In this document: piece after piece, positions 40,286 to 50,225 of the stretch
How the letters are laid out: each line of letters opens with the position of its first letter
Numbering within the stretch: position 1 is the stretch's first letter
IMG/VR virus record: IMGVR_UViG_3300009430_000004
Location: 124,001 to 188,000 of that record
Length of the DNA: 64,000 bases
Strand: one strand, 5' to 3'
The notes under the pieces: model-generated
Database searches by the model: none
What the model was told of the DNA's origin: nothing
The model's input: the letters and a program-made list of their open reading frames with translations, nothing else
Position numbers and translations under genes: made by a program

Positions 40286-41254
40286 TTATTTATCGAGAGT
40301 CATAAGGTCGGCATAAATCTTAGCCCCATTAACGTCTACAATATCCTCAAGGACATATTGATTGTTTATATACGCCCCATTAGTAACTGACAAAACGTTG
40401 TAAAGAAAATAGGGAAATGATTCTAATGCCAGTAATGCTGCTGCATCATACATATGAATATATGCCTCCATGTAGCTCCTTACAGTTAAATCTTTAAGTC
40501 CTAGATTCATACCCTCTTTTGTTAGAGCCTTAACAAATGTTGAGAAGTCAGTGAAATCTTCTGGAACCATCATATCATTAATCTCTTTTAAAACGAAAGG
40601 ATTACCATTTACACAATTTTTAAGTGCATAGTTAGTAACCATTTCACTATCGGTTAAACCCAGCATATTGATAAGATAGAACTTGCTTGCAAGGAATAGT
40701 ACCTTATGCATTTTGCTCTTATCAACATTTAATGCATATTTCTTATTTAATACTCTAACGAACATGTTTGAGTACACCGCAGAACCGTTTGTAATGATAA
40801 CATTACGAGTTGCTATTTGCTTACTGTAATGATAGCAGAGCTTAGCAAGATATGCAGATTCAATCATTGTATAAAGTTTCTTAGGGTCAATGTTAACATT
40901 GCCGTTTTCTTTATTCATTGTACCATACACATCAACTACAACAACAGCTACTACTTTATCAGCAGCATTTTTAGTTAAGAAGAATGGCATACATGAAGGT
41001 ATTTTAGCCCCATCTGGTGAATACATAAGCATGATATCCCCAGTTTCAACTTCATTAAGAACTTTATACTTTAATGGGAATTTAAAGTTCTTGTTTATTA
41101 TCATAAATGCCTCTTCAAGGTTGTTCTTCTTGAGAACAGTTCCATTTTGTAATATTTTGGCTATATTGTTTGTAACTGCCCCGCTTTGATTAAGATTCCT
41201 ATATATGAAGGTATCTTGAAGCGTTTTGAATGACATATTACCACATCCTTTCAC
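40286..41254 (-). CDS. Conserved hypothetical (probably virion) protein
   Basis: 322 aa, true start may be ATG 41236 (MSFKTLQ); late promoter at 41266-41278. Confidence 0.55.
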   Translation of the reverse strand: MKGCGNMSFKTLQDTFIYRNLNQSGAVTNNIAKILQNGTVLKKNNLEEAFMIINKNFKFPLKYKVLNEVETGDIMLMYSPDGAKIPSCMPFFLTKNAADKVVAVVVVDVYGTMNKENGNVNIDPKKLYTMIESAYLAKLCYHYSKQIATRNVIITNGSAVYSNMFVRVLNKKYALNVDKSKMHKVLFLASKFYLINMLGLTDSEMVTNYALKNCVNGNPFVLKEINDMMVPEDFTDFSTFVKALTKEGMNLGLKDLTVRSYMEAYIHMYDAAALLALESFPYFLYNVLSVTNGAYINNQYVLEDIVDVNGAKIYADLMTLDK

Positions 41255-41356
41255 ACTTTTTAATATTATTAGTATGTTTCCATAGTATGTAAGAAAAAAT
41301 AGTCTCTGATTATTAAAATATTTTTTGACAAACTTTAATATAAAACAAATTAAGAG

Positions 41357-41366
41357 TATATATTAT
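41357..41366 (+). promoter_or_regulatory. Early-class promoter TATATATTAT
   Basis: Exact 10-mer upstream of the nuclease/helicase operon. Confidence 0.6.
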
Positions 41367-41380
41367 ATAACCGAGGAGGG

Positions 41381-42043
41381 GTGAAAATGTATAATAGTGG
41401 GCATACTCAGTATTTTAATAGTGATAATATAGAAGTGCCTAGTGCAACGACCGTATTAAAGATTTTAAATAAACCTGCCCTTGTTAAATGGGCTAATTAT
41501 TTAGGCTTCAAGAGACAAAATGTCGATGAAGTGTTAGATGCATCAGCTACTATTGGCACATTAGTGCATCAATTGATATATAGTTACTTAATGGATAAGT
41601 ATGTTATATGGATTGGGACAAGAAAATGTGGTAAAGCTACTGCAATGATGTATATGAACAGCTTCCTTGAATGGAAAAGGACACATGAAGTGAAACCTAC
41701 ATTCATGGAAAAACAATTTACCAGCAAAAGATTTGGTGGTACAATAGATTTTTACGGTGAAGTCGATGGTAAAAAGACAGTATTAGACTTCAAAACATCA
41801 AAGAAACCTTATTCGTCTATGTTCCTTCAGTTAGCAGCTTACTGTATAATGTTAGAAGAGGCTGGATATGAAGTAGAACAATTGGCGATTATAATTATTA
41901 ATAACTCAGGTTATAATGAAAAGTTTATAACAAGGGAGGAGATACAAAGGTATATTGACGTATTCATAAAACTCGTGGAAGTATTTCATAACTGGTACGA
42001 CTTGAATATAGAGCATGGATGGGGGGATATACTTGCAAAATAA
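41381..42043 (+). CDS. PD-(D/E)XK-family exonuclease
   Basis: PSATTVL, GTLVH, E..., GGTID, LDFKTS, QLAAY. Confidence 0.85.
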   Translation: MKMYNSGHTQYFNSDNIEVPSATTVLKILNKPALVKWANYLGFKRQNVDEVLDASATIGTLVHQLIYSYLMDKYVIWIGTRKCGKATAMMYMNSFLEWKRTHEVKPTFMEKQFTSKRFGGTIDFYGEVDGKKTVLDFKTSKKPYSSMFLQLAAYCIMLEEAGYEVEQLAIIIINNSGYNEKFITREEIQRYIDVFIKLVEVFHNWYDLNIEHGWGDILAK

Positions 42044-43220
42044 TCCGTATGTTGGAGCCATTTTCGCTGACGTTCATACAGGTGCGTTTAAACCTGTTAT
42101 ACTATACAATGAGTTTAAGGAAGAGGCTCTAGAATATCTAGAAGGACTAGCAATCCTTGATTTTATAGTTATTTGTGGAGATTTCTTCCACACTAAGTTA
42201 TCAATGAATTCAGACCACGCTAAGTATGCATTTCAAATACTGATGAGATTATTAGACATCTGTGAGAAGAAAAATGCTAAACTTAGGATAGTTAAAGGTA
42301 CTGAAAGTCATGACAATAAACAATTAGAAATATTTGAGTCTATAATCAAAATGAGCAAGTATGACTTTAAGATTATAGACACAGTTGGAACAGAAATGTT
42401 ATTTGACGATATGAAGGTTCTATATATACCAGAGGAATATGTAGAAGACAAGGATGAATATTATAAGGACTATTTTGACCAAGAATATGATATGATATTC
42501 GGACATGGTTTAGTGTCAGAAGTTGTATTCGTAGCTTCAAGGCAGGAGAGTGAAGAAACTATGGCTAAAGCTCCTGTATTTAAATCAGAAGAATTGCTCA
42601 GAATATGCAAAGGACCTGTATTCTTTGGACATATTCATACACCTCAGGTCATTAATGATAGATTTATTTATGTTGGTTCATTTTCAAGATGGAGTTTTGG
42701 TGAAGAAGAAGATAAAGGGTTTTATACCGTATCATATGAAACTGACAGCAGTAATTTCATGACAGAGTTTATTGTCAATAAGAAAGCGAGGAAATATGAT
42801 ACTATTACTATAGACTATACTTCGCCAATATTTGATAAATCTGAAACTGAACAAGTAGATTATCTAATTAAGTTAGCAAATTCTCTTGTAATTGATTATT
42901 TGAGACTTGAGATAAATATACCTGAGGAATACGACAAATCGCCATTATTGGTGAATATGATTAATGATGTCTTTAATAAATATCCAAATATAAAGACAAA
43001 GATTAATAACAACAAGAAGCTTCGACAAAAGAAAGAAACAGAAGAAAAGATAAATCTATTATTAACACGATATGGATTTATATTCGATAAAACGCTGAGC
43101 CATGAGGAGAAACTTTCATTGTTTATTAAAGAAAAATACAACAGAAACATTCCTGTAAATAAGATGAGACAATATCTTTATGAGCAGTTAAGAGTTAGGG
43201 GGTCTCAGCATGGTGTCTAG
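42015..43220 (+). CDS. SbcD/Mre11-like metallophosphoesterase nuclease
   Basis: ADVH, CGDFFH, GTESHD, FGHG, FGHIH, YVGS motifs; true start may be a few codons downstream. Confidence 0.85.
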   Translation: MDGGIYLQNNPYVGAIFADVHTGAFKPVILYNEFKEEALEYLEGLAILDFIVICGDFFHTKLSMNSDHAKYAFQILMRLLDICEKKNAKLRIVKGTESHDNKQLEIFESIIKMSKYDFKIIDTVGTEMLFDDMKVLYIPEEYVEDKDEYYKDYFDQEYDMIFGHGLVSEVVFVASRQESEETMAKAPVFKSEELLRICKGPVFFGHIHTPQVINDRFIYVGSFSRWSFGEEEDKGFYTVSYETDSSNFMTEFIVNKKARKYDTITIDYTSPIFDKSETEQVDYLIKLANSLVIDYLRLEINIPEEYDKSPLLVNMINDVFNKYPNIKTKINNNKKLRQKKETEEKINLLLTRYGFIFDKTLSHEEKLSLFIKEKYNRNIPVNKMRQYLYEQLRVRGSQHGV

Positions 43221-44868
43221 AAATAATAAATTCAAGCTAGTTGAATATGAGCAAAAGAAAATACCACTAAAATTCGATATTACAATGCTAAATATGTTAG
43301 TAGGATACTTGTTTAAGAAGTCAGCACAGATTACTAGAAAGTCCTTAACAAGTATGAATAAGTTATTTACAATAATAGATGAAAGGGTATATGAAGGCAA
43401 TGAGCAACTAGAGGCTAGACTTAATTTTATAAATAGAGCATTGAAAGCAAGACTTGAGCTCGGCATGGAGAATGAAAATGTAATAATTAACTTTTGTCGA
43501 ACTGACAACTATAATAAAGAGAATGACGAAATAATAAAGAACCTTGAAATATATAAGAGAATTAATTTCGAGGAAATAAAGTTTATAAATAAGGCAGTAG
43601 AAGATAGACTTCAATATGCCGACTTATTTAATTACAAAGACCACCTATATTCAACGGTGGAGAAATTAGACTCAGGTGATTATGACTCATTTCAAGAAAT
43701 AAATAATGAGTTGCTGAGTATATGTAAGGTTATAGTTAATAATAGTAGAAAGATTAAGGTTGTTGAAGAAGTTGATACATTCAGCTTAGACCCTGAAACT
43801 TTCGAAGATAATGTAACTGATATAGTTAATAGACTGAAAGACCCATCAAGAATACTCAAGACAGGACTTCAGAAGCTTAATCAAATATTAGCTCCTGGAT
43901 ACCAGTCTAAGAGACTTTATATGTATATGGGTCTTCCAGCAGGATTTAAGTCAGGTATCTTGTTGAAAACTGCAAGAGATATTAAGAAGTTCAACAAGGG
44001 TGTAATGACAAAGAAAGCAGGAAAGAGTCCATGTGTGTTATTAGTCACCATGGAAAACTCTGTGGAAGAATCAATTGAACGTCTATTTAATATGACAGTT
44101 ACCCCTGATGATATCAGAAACTTCACAGCTAAACAAGTTGTTAAGATGCTTAAGGAACAAGGGGAACTCATACTTAAAGATGACGAAGATATTGATATCA
44201 TCATTAAATACTATCCAAATAGAAGTATTGATACCAATGACCTCTATACAATTATAGAGGAATTATCAGATGACAACAAAGAAGTTATAGCTTTAATTCT
44301 TGACTATATTAAGAGAATCAGACCTGCTGAAAAAGCAAAGGATGAAAAAGAAGAATTAAAGAATGTAACAAACGAATTAAAGAATTTGGCAACAGAGTTA
44401 GATATACCAGTTATAACAGCTCATCAGTTAAATAGGGCAGGTGCTGGAGCAGTAGATGCCGCAATGCAAGCTAATAAAGAAGACTTAGCAAGATTTGTTG
44501 GTAGAGCTAATGTAGGTAGTGCTTGGGAAGTTGTAGAAAACTCAGACTGGTGCTGTATTATTAACGTTGAGAAGAAACGTGATACTGGTCAATATTATCT
44601 AACATTCAAGAGAGTTAAGATAAGGTATAGAGACCCTAATGATTTAGGTTACTTCAATCATCCATTCGTTATGGGTAATAGGATGCAGCTTATTGATGAC
44701 ATGGGTCTTGATAAACCATTATCTGAAGAAAGCTTATCATCAGACTTCGAGGGTGTTGAGCTTGGAAACAAGAAAGGTAAGAGAAATGCAACTGAACGTG
44801 AGGTCATTGATGATGACAATGATAGTGATATCTTTGAATTTGCATGTGCAATAAATTCAAGAAAATAA
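43210..44868 (+). CDS. dnaB: DnaB-like replicative helicase
   Basis: Walker A-like GLPAGFKS, VTMEN, ILDYI, PVITAHQLNR. Confidence 0.85.
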   Translation: MVSRNNKFKLVEYEQKKIPLKFDITMLNMLVGYLFKKSAQITRKSLTSMNKLFTIIDERVYEGNEQLEARLNFINRALKARLELGMENENVIINFCRTDNYNKENDEIIKNLEIYKRINFEEIKFINKAVEDRLQYADLFNYKDHLYSTVEKLDSGDYDSFQEINNELLSICKVIVNNSRKIKVVEEVDTFSLDPETFEDNVTDIVNRLKDPSRILKTGLQKLNQILAPGYQSKRLYMYMGLPAGFKSGILLKTARDIKKFNKGVMTKKAGKSPCVLLVTMENSVEESIERLFNMTVTPDDIRNFTAKQVVKMLKEQGELILKDDEDIDIIIKYYPNRSIDTNDLYTIIEELSDDNKEVIALILDYIKRIRPAEKAKDEKEELKNVTNELKNLATELDIPVITAHQLNRAGAGAVDAAMQANKEDLARFVGRANVGSAWEVVENSDWCCIINVEKKRDTGQYYLTFKRVKIRYRDPNDLGYFNHPFVMGNRMQLIDDMGLDKPLSEESLSSDFEGVELGNKKGKRNATEREVIDDDNDSDIFEFACAINSRK

Positions 44869-44886
44869 AGTGATGGGGGTTATAAA

Positions 44887-45213
44887 ATGTCTACAAATAT
44901 TACTAGATTAAAAGAGTTGATTGGCAAAGAAATGGACATGGGACTTATCTATTGGGAGGAATATGATTTCAAAAAGACACACAATCACATGAATATCGGA
45001 ACGTACAAAATCGAGTATAAAAAGATTCTGAAAGAACAGTTCGATATTGAAACTCCATACAATAAGCTAAGTGAAGAAGAAACTGCTAAAGTCTTAGATG
45101 GGTTTGAGAAAAAATTCCGTGTATCAACCGAGCTATTTAAACTCAGAAATACAGTACATCAATTCAGAGCACCACAATTACAATTGTGGATACAACTTAG
45201 TAAGAAGAAGTAA
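44887..45213 (+). CDS. Hypothetical protein
   Basis: 108 aa with a GGGGG RBS. Confidence 0.65.
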   Translation: MSTNITRLKELIGKEMDMGLIYWEEYDFKKTHNHMNIGTYKIEYKKILKEQFDIETPYNKLSEEETAKVLDGFEKKFRVSTELFKLRNTVHQFRAPQLQLWIQLSKKK

Positions 45214-45229
45214 TGGGGGTATACTGAAT

Positions 45230-45457
45230 ATGAAAAAGAAGATATTAAGATTTATTCAGTTTATTACCAATGTACACAGAATACACCATATTACGTATTC
45301 TTATGGATGGACATTTAAACCGATACCAATTGGATACTTTGATGGATATAAAGAGAAAGACTGTAAAGAAAACTGGTGGGCTCTAAAGAAAATCAAAGGA
45401 TTCCATGTTATAAAAAGAAAAGATTTTCATGATTGTACCACAACGGGTACATATTAA
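45230..45457 (+). CDS. Hypothetical protein
   Basis: GGGGGT RBS before ATG 45230 (MKKKILRF...). Confidence 0.55.
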   Translation: MKKKILRFIQFITNVHRIHHITYSYGWTFKPIPIGYFDGYKEKDCKENWWALKKIKGFHVIKRKDFHDCTTTGTY

Positions 45458-45493
45458 TATAAAAAAATAAAATCGGGGTAGCTTATGCTACCC

Positions 45494-45790
45494 TTAATTT
45501 TTTTGGCTTATTGACCTATTCTTAACCTCTATCTTCGTCCAATACCCATGAAGATGAGGGGTTGTTCGTATCATATTGAAAAATGAGCTCGGAATATCTC
45601 GTTTATATGTATTACAACTTATTATATGTTTAAGTATATCCAATGACACTATATTCTGTCGTATTAAACTGAACTCAAAATCCTCATTAAAGAATTCATA
45701 TATAACATGATAATACACTGATAATTTAACCCTTTCAGCAATAGTTAGGTCTTCTCCATTTACAGTCTTAATTATACTCTCCATACTCAT
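45494..45790 (-). CDS. Hypothetical protein
   Basis: 98 aa; AGGGG RBS; downstream of the bipartite motif at 45902-45932. Confidence 0.65.
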   Translation of the reverse strand: MSMESIIKTVNGEDLTIAERVKLSVYYHVIYEFFNEDFEFSLIRQNIVSLDILKHIISCNTYKRDIPSSFFNMIRTTPHLHGYWTKIEVKNRSISQKN

Positions 45791-45901
45791 ACCCCCTAAA
45801 ACCTTTGTCGGAACATAAAAAATATAAGTCCAAAAGATAAACTTATAATTTTTCCAATAGAATATAATAATAGATGCCGTACCTTAACGTCATCCATTAT
45901 T

Positions 45902-45932
45902 ATAATATATATTTTCTGGATTTGAATATACG
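45902..45932 (-). promoter_or_regulatory. Bipartite motif CGTA-N17-TATATATTAT
   Basis: Minus strand reads CGTA TATTCAAATCCAGAAAA TATATATTAT. Confidence 0.75.
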
Positions 45933-45933
45933 A

Positions 45934-46362
45934 TTATAGTCCAGCCTCTCTATTATTGAGTTTTAGAGCATCATCCTCTAAAATAAGTATTTCATTGATT
46001 ACATCAAATATGTCCATTGTGAACAATTTTAATGTTTTCATAGTAAACTGAGACGCACTTGTCAGATTATTTATTCTAAGAATCATAGACCATAACTCAG
46101 TTGTCCCATAAATTTCAAAACTTAATCTTTTTGGTTGAAATTTATATTTAGCGAACTCCTCTTCTGATAAAGTAACAGTTGATATTATCTTTCTAAGATG
46201 GTCATGATATTTATCTAACAACGATGTATAATTAACGATTATTCTAGTATTGTTATTATCAATAAAAGAACTTTTTAAGTGTAGCTTAGCATGGGATATG
46301 TCTTGAGTTTTACCAAACTCAATGAGGTCTTGAATAGTATTACACTTTGTTATTGTTAACAT
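45934..46362 (-). CDS. Baseplate wedge LysM-like protein (T4 gp53-like)
   Basis: 'QPKRLSFEIYGTTELWSMILRINNL' motif. Confidence 0.65.
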   Translation of the reverse strand: MLTITKCNTIQDLIEFGKTQDISHAKLHLKSSFIDNNNTRIIVNYTSLLDKYHDHLRKIISTVTLSEEEFAKYKFQPKRLSFEIYGTTELWSMILRINNLTSASQFTMKTLKLFTMDIFDVINEILILEDDALKLNNREAGL

Positions 46363-46373
46363 TTTTTCACCTC

Positions 46374-46751
46374 CTAAACGTTATCTGTAATATATACAGC
46401 CCTAATGTTTCTATCCATAAAACAACAAATAAATCTAGCACCTGAATGTATGATGCCGTTTATATCAGCTTTAAATTGTAAATCCGTATTAGCAAACCTA
46501 GGTATGGTTATCCAGTTTTGTGTGGTAACTGAATTAGTTGGTGAAGGTTTGCACTCTTCGTCGTTCAAGAATATATTGCTATTGAACACGACATTGTTAG
46601 TCGAGGGGTTACCCTTGCCTATTAATGGCATAATTTTTGGGACATTCATCTTAAATGAACCGCTACCGTGACTATGATTTCCAATCAAAAAACAATACTC
46701 CATTTGATTTATATCATATTCTTCCAGACAATCCATAATCATCTTAATCAC
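46374..46751 (-). CDS. Putative baseplate hub OB-fold-like protein
   Basis: 'FKMNVPKIMP...G.RFICCF' pattern; adjacent to the gp53-like gene; TACA-N6-TAA promoter variant upstream. Confidence 0.4.
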   Translation of the reverse strand: MIKMIMDCLEEYDINQMEYCFLIGNHSHGSGSFKMNVPKIMPLIGKGNPSTNNVVFNSNIFLNDEECKPSPTNSVTTQNWITIPRFANTDLQFKADINGIIHSGARFICCFMDRNIRAVYITDNV

Positions 46752-46814
46752 CTCTTTCTAATATATTTCCTTATATTAATGTAGAAAAAAATAAGAAGAG
46801 GTGTAACCCTCTTC

Positions 46815-47102
46815 TTAACAAGCGACAACAAACCATAAAATCAATACGGGATGTATCATATAAGATCCATAAAACTCAATCCTAAATTCATGAGAATCAA
46901 CACCAAATTTTTCCTCACAGAATAATTTGAATTTTTCAATATCTTCAGGTGTTACATCTTCATATTTTACGTCCATACCTGCTTCTTTTAAAGCCTCTGT
47001 AAATCTCTCATTAGGTGTCAACTCACGAAATGAAGGTTGGTCATACTTCGATTTGTATTCATCATCAAATTTGATAATAGCCTTTTTCTTTTCGGCTTCC
47101 AT
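46815..47102 (-). CDS. Hypothetical protein
   Basis: 95 aa; AGGAGGG RBS; terminator at about 46792-46816. Confidence 0.65.
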   Translation of the reverse strand: MEAEKKKAIIKFDDEYKSKYDQPSFRELTPNERFTEALKEAGMDVKYEDVTPEDIEKFKLFCEEKFGVDSHEFRIEFYGSYMIHPVLILWFVVAC

Positions 47103-47113
47103 TGTTATCCCTC

Positions 47114-47719
47114 CTACAGATTAATCTTGATGCAAATCTTTTCAGCTCTTAATTTAGCTTTATCAAGATGACCCATCAATATAAATAAATGTTGAGGTTT
47201 TGAAACTGAAAATCCATTAATGGAAATTGCGTGTTTACTTATCTCCAAATGCCATGATGCTAGAGTTAAATCTTCTACTATCACGGAATGTAAGTAAATT
47301 TCTTTCTCAAGTAGAATATCAATTATTGAACACATTAATACATTATCAACCTTTGTCTTACATAAGGTAAGGACATTCTTTACATCTAAAGAATCACCAT
47401 ATAGAATATTACTTCTGAGGTATGTTAACTGAAATATTGGTCCAGCATCTAATAGTTTGAAATCAAATATTGGATCAAGTCCAGTTGGCTTAGTTTGTTC
47501 ATATATGTCCAACACATTGGTTGGGAATAGCAATTCCATTATATCTGAATCAATTTTTCTAGCAGCTTTATTTACTGCTTCGATATCAATATCTTTTTCC
47601 ATTCCAGAAAGTTTTCTTAATATTTCTCCGAATTTGTCTTGGGGGTTTGATTTTAAATCAATACCTATAAACCCAATTGTTGGTTCTGTTCCATTCATCT
47701 TTGCTTTTTCATTAAACAT
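47114..47719 (-). CDS. Hypothetical protein
   Basis: 201 aa; GGGAG RBS. Confidence 0.65.
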   Translation of the reverse strand: MFNEKAKMNGTEPTIGFIGIDLKSNPQDKFGEILRKLSGMEKDIDIEAVNKAARKIDSDIMELLFPTNVLDIYEQTKPTGLDPIFDFKLLDAGPIFQLTYLRSNILYGDSLDVKNVLTLCKTKVDNVLMCSIIDILLEKEIYLHSVIVEDLTLASWHLEISKHAISINGFSVSKPQHLFILMGHLDKAKLRAEKICIKINL

Positions 47720-47832
47720 GTTTCCACATCTCCCTTTGTCATATTTTTTTAGTTTATTTGATTTTTACTATCTTTAATACATTTAAATAATATACAAATA
47801 AATCGGCGTTTGTTGATTAGAGGTGATGAAGA

Positions 47833-49005
47833 ATGGGAATAGAATTAAATTCGCAACAAACCGATACAGTTGATAGATTAGTTAAATGGTGGCATAGTAG
47901 AGATAAACAAACCTTTGAGATATCAGGACCTGCTGGTTCTGGTAAGACTACATTGGTTTATTATCTAATTGAGCGAATAGGGATAGACCCTAAAAAAGTA
48001 TTATTTATGGCTTATGTTGGCAAGGCAACAATGGCACTTGCTAGAAAAGGAAATTTTGCTAAGACTATACATAGCACTATTTATAGATTAGTTGAAGTTC
48101 CTAAACTAGATAATGAAGGAAATCCTATAAAGAAAAATAATAGGGTTGTAACAACAACTGTTTTTCAGAAGAAGGATAAGATAGATGATGATATACAGGC
48201 GTTAGTTATTGATGAGGGTTCTATGGTAAATAAACAGATAGCTGAGGATATACTTAGCTTTAATTTGCCAATAATTGTACTAGGAGACCTAAACCAGCTA
48301 CCCCCTGTATTCGGAGACTCTTATTTCTTACAAAAACCTGATAGTGTACTTACTCAAGTTATGAGACAGATGGAAAATGACCCAATAGTACATTTAAGTC
48401 AGAGAGCTATAAGAGGAGAATATCTAAACATAGGTAAATATGGACCTATGTGTTTTGTTATTGATAAGGAAGTTATCAATGATAATTTATTAATTAAGTC
48501 TGATATAGTTATCTGTGGAAAAAATAAAACAAGAGAAGATATCAATAACTATGTAAGACGACAAATTAAAGGAATTAAATCTGACATACCAGTTATGGGA
48601 GAAAAACTTATATGTAGACAGAATAACTGGAACCTATCTGTTGGAGGGGATATATTCCTCATAAACGGTTTAATAGGTTATATGGAGGGTATCTATCTTG
48701 ATACCTATAATAAGAAGTCTATTTGCATAGATTTCAGACCAGAGTTTATGGAAGATGACTACTTTGAGAAGATACCAATGGACTATGAATACTTATTCCA
48801 GACTTATGAGGAAAAAAAACGAGGCAAGAGAAGTTACTATAATAAGTTTGAATTTGCATATGCCATTACTGCACACTTAGCACAAGGTTCGCAGTATGAT
48901 AAAGTAATGATATATGACGAAAGAATAGGTGACAGAGATTACTATAGGAAATGGTTGTACACAGCCATAACTAGGGCTGTTAAAGGATTAGTAGTAGCTG
49001 TATAA
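47833..49005 (+). CDS. Dda/RecD-like SF1B helicase
   Basis: GPAGSGKT, TIHS, IDEGSMV, GDLNQLPPV, LTQVMRQ, AYAITAHLAQGSQY, LYTAITRA. Confidence 0.92.
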   Translation: MGIELNSQQTDTVDRLVKWWHSRDKQTFEISGPAGSGKTTLVYYLIERIGIDPKKVLFMAYVGKATMALARKGNFAKTIHSTIYRLVEVPKLDNEGNPIKKNNRVVTTTVFQKKDKIDDDIQALVIDEGSMVNKQIAEDILSFNLPIIVLGDLNQLPPVFGDSYFLQKPDSVLTQVMRQMENDPIVHLSQRAIRGEYLNIGKYGPMCFVIDKEVINDNLLIKSDIVICGKNKTREDINNYVRRQIKGIKSDIPVMGEKLICRQNNWNLSVGGDIFLINGLIGYMEGIYLDTYNKKSICIDFRPEFMEDDYFEKIPMDYEYLFQTYEEKKRGKRSYYNKFEFAYAITAHLAQGSQYDKVMIYDERIGDRDYYRKWLYTAITRAVKGLVVAV

Positions 49006-49120
49006 AAAAAATAATATGCGGGAGGTCTATCTATCCAGATATAACCTCCCTCTTCCTTAGGGTAATTGATAATTAGACTATATTTTTTAGTGTCTCAATT
49101 ATCATTTATGTGTATACACA
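49004..49120 (-). ncRNA. Candidate small RNA (~115 nt)
   Basis: Unit without a credible ORF, between the bipartite promoter (49124-49154) and a GGGAGGT...ACCTCCC stem + T tract; internal TGATAATT(G)AGAC/GTCTAATTATCA hairpin. Confidence 0.5.
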
Positions 49121-49123
49121 ATT

Positions 49124-49154
49124 ATAATATATATCTGTGTTGGACTACTTTACG
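49124..49154 (-). promoter_or_regulatory. Bipartite motif CGTA-N17-TATATATTAT
   Basis: Minus strand reads CGTA AAGTAGTCCAACACAGA TATATATTAT. Confidence 0.75.
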
Positions 49155-49238
49155 GTTTTCCTAAATACAGAAAAAATAATTTAGATTATATATTATATGT
49201 AGGTATCAGAACAAATTTATAAGAAGGGATGGGTTTAT

Positions 49239-49400
49239 ATGGAACCACCAAAGGTTTTAGCAGACCTTATGAAACCTTTGACTCAAAGGAACATACAATT
49301 GGCGACAGAAACGCCAGAAGAAAAAATGCAACGAATAAAAGACCAATTTGGTCTTTACCATGGTCCTGGTAAAAGGAAGAAAAAGAAGAAGAAAAAATAA
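49239..49400 (+). CDS. Small basic protein with a poly-Lys tail (53 aa, not in ORF track)
   Basis: MEPPKVLADL...GPGKRKKKKKKK*; preceded by TATATATTAT (49187) and AACA-N6-TAA (49210). Confidence 0.65.
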   Translation: MEPPKVLADLMKPLTQRNIQLATETPEEKMQRIKDQFGLYHGPGKRKKKKKKK

Positions 49401-49422
49401 ATATAAAAGGAGGGTGGGTTAA

Positions 49423-49701
49423 ATGGATTTAGAAAAATTGCAACAAATTATTGCTTACCTTGGAGGAGAGAATAAAATAGCAGGATTTGTATTTGACAAT
49501 AGTGGAAGAAGACTATTTGAGAAAGATTTCAGTCTTGCTAAATATCTCATTCCTGATACTGAAGTTTTAGTATTTGTGGAAAAGGATGGTTATGGAAACA
49601 CGTTTAAAGTGTTTAAAGCAGTTAGTGATATCCAGACTGTAATAGGAGTCGATGATGTTGCTACCATAGACCACATAGATACAAGATTTATAAGCATGTA
49701 A
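49423..49701 (+). CDS. Hypothetical protein
   Basis: 92 aa; AAGGAGGG RBS; terminator at about 49703-49748. Confidence 0.7.
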   Translation: MDLEKLQQIIAYLGGENKIAGFVFDNSGRRLFEKDFSLAKYLIPDTEVLVFVEKDGYGNTFKVFKAVSDIQTVIGVDDVATIDHIDTRFISM

Positions 49702-49773
49702 AAAGAATATGTATATAGTAGGATTTTATTCTACTATATACATATTTTTAATCTATATAAAGGAGGTGGGGTA

Positions 49774-50088
49774 GTGTTTGGTTTGAAAGATTCAAATATG
49801 CCTGTAACAGAATTTGATAGAGACCCTAGGAAACAAGAACTATTAGACAGATATAATCATGGAGACCCTATAGTAAAGAATGTAGTAGATAGACTCAATG
49901 ATTTAAAGTTTAATAAATCAGAAACAATTGATTGGGTCCGATATACTATCGTTAAAGAATTTGAGGATGTTATCTATTATTGCATGAAAGCTTATCAGGC
50001 TATATTGTCAGAGAAGGTTTCAAATGCTGGTAGTATATTTATCGTAGACAAATTATTTACGGTGGATGAGTTGACAAAAAAGGATTAG
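49774..50088 (+). CDS. Hypothetical protein
   Basis: 104 aa; AAGGAGG RBS, GTG start. Confidence 0.65.
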   Translation: MFGLKDSNMPVTEFDRDPRKQELLDRYNHGDPIVKNVVDRLNDLKFNKSETIDWVRYTIVKEFEDVIYYCMKAYQAILSEKVSNAGSIFIVDKLFTVDELTKKD

Positions 50089-50225
50089 ACCAAATAAATT
50101 ATAAATTATAATTGGGATAACAGTTAATTAAGAAATTTAACTGATATTTCAGTTATATATTATTATGCTGTAATCAGTAAATAAATAATCAAAAAAATAA
50201 TTATATTATTAGGAGGTAAACAATC

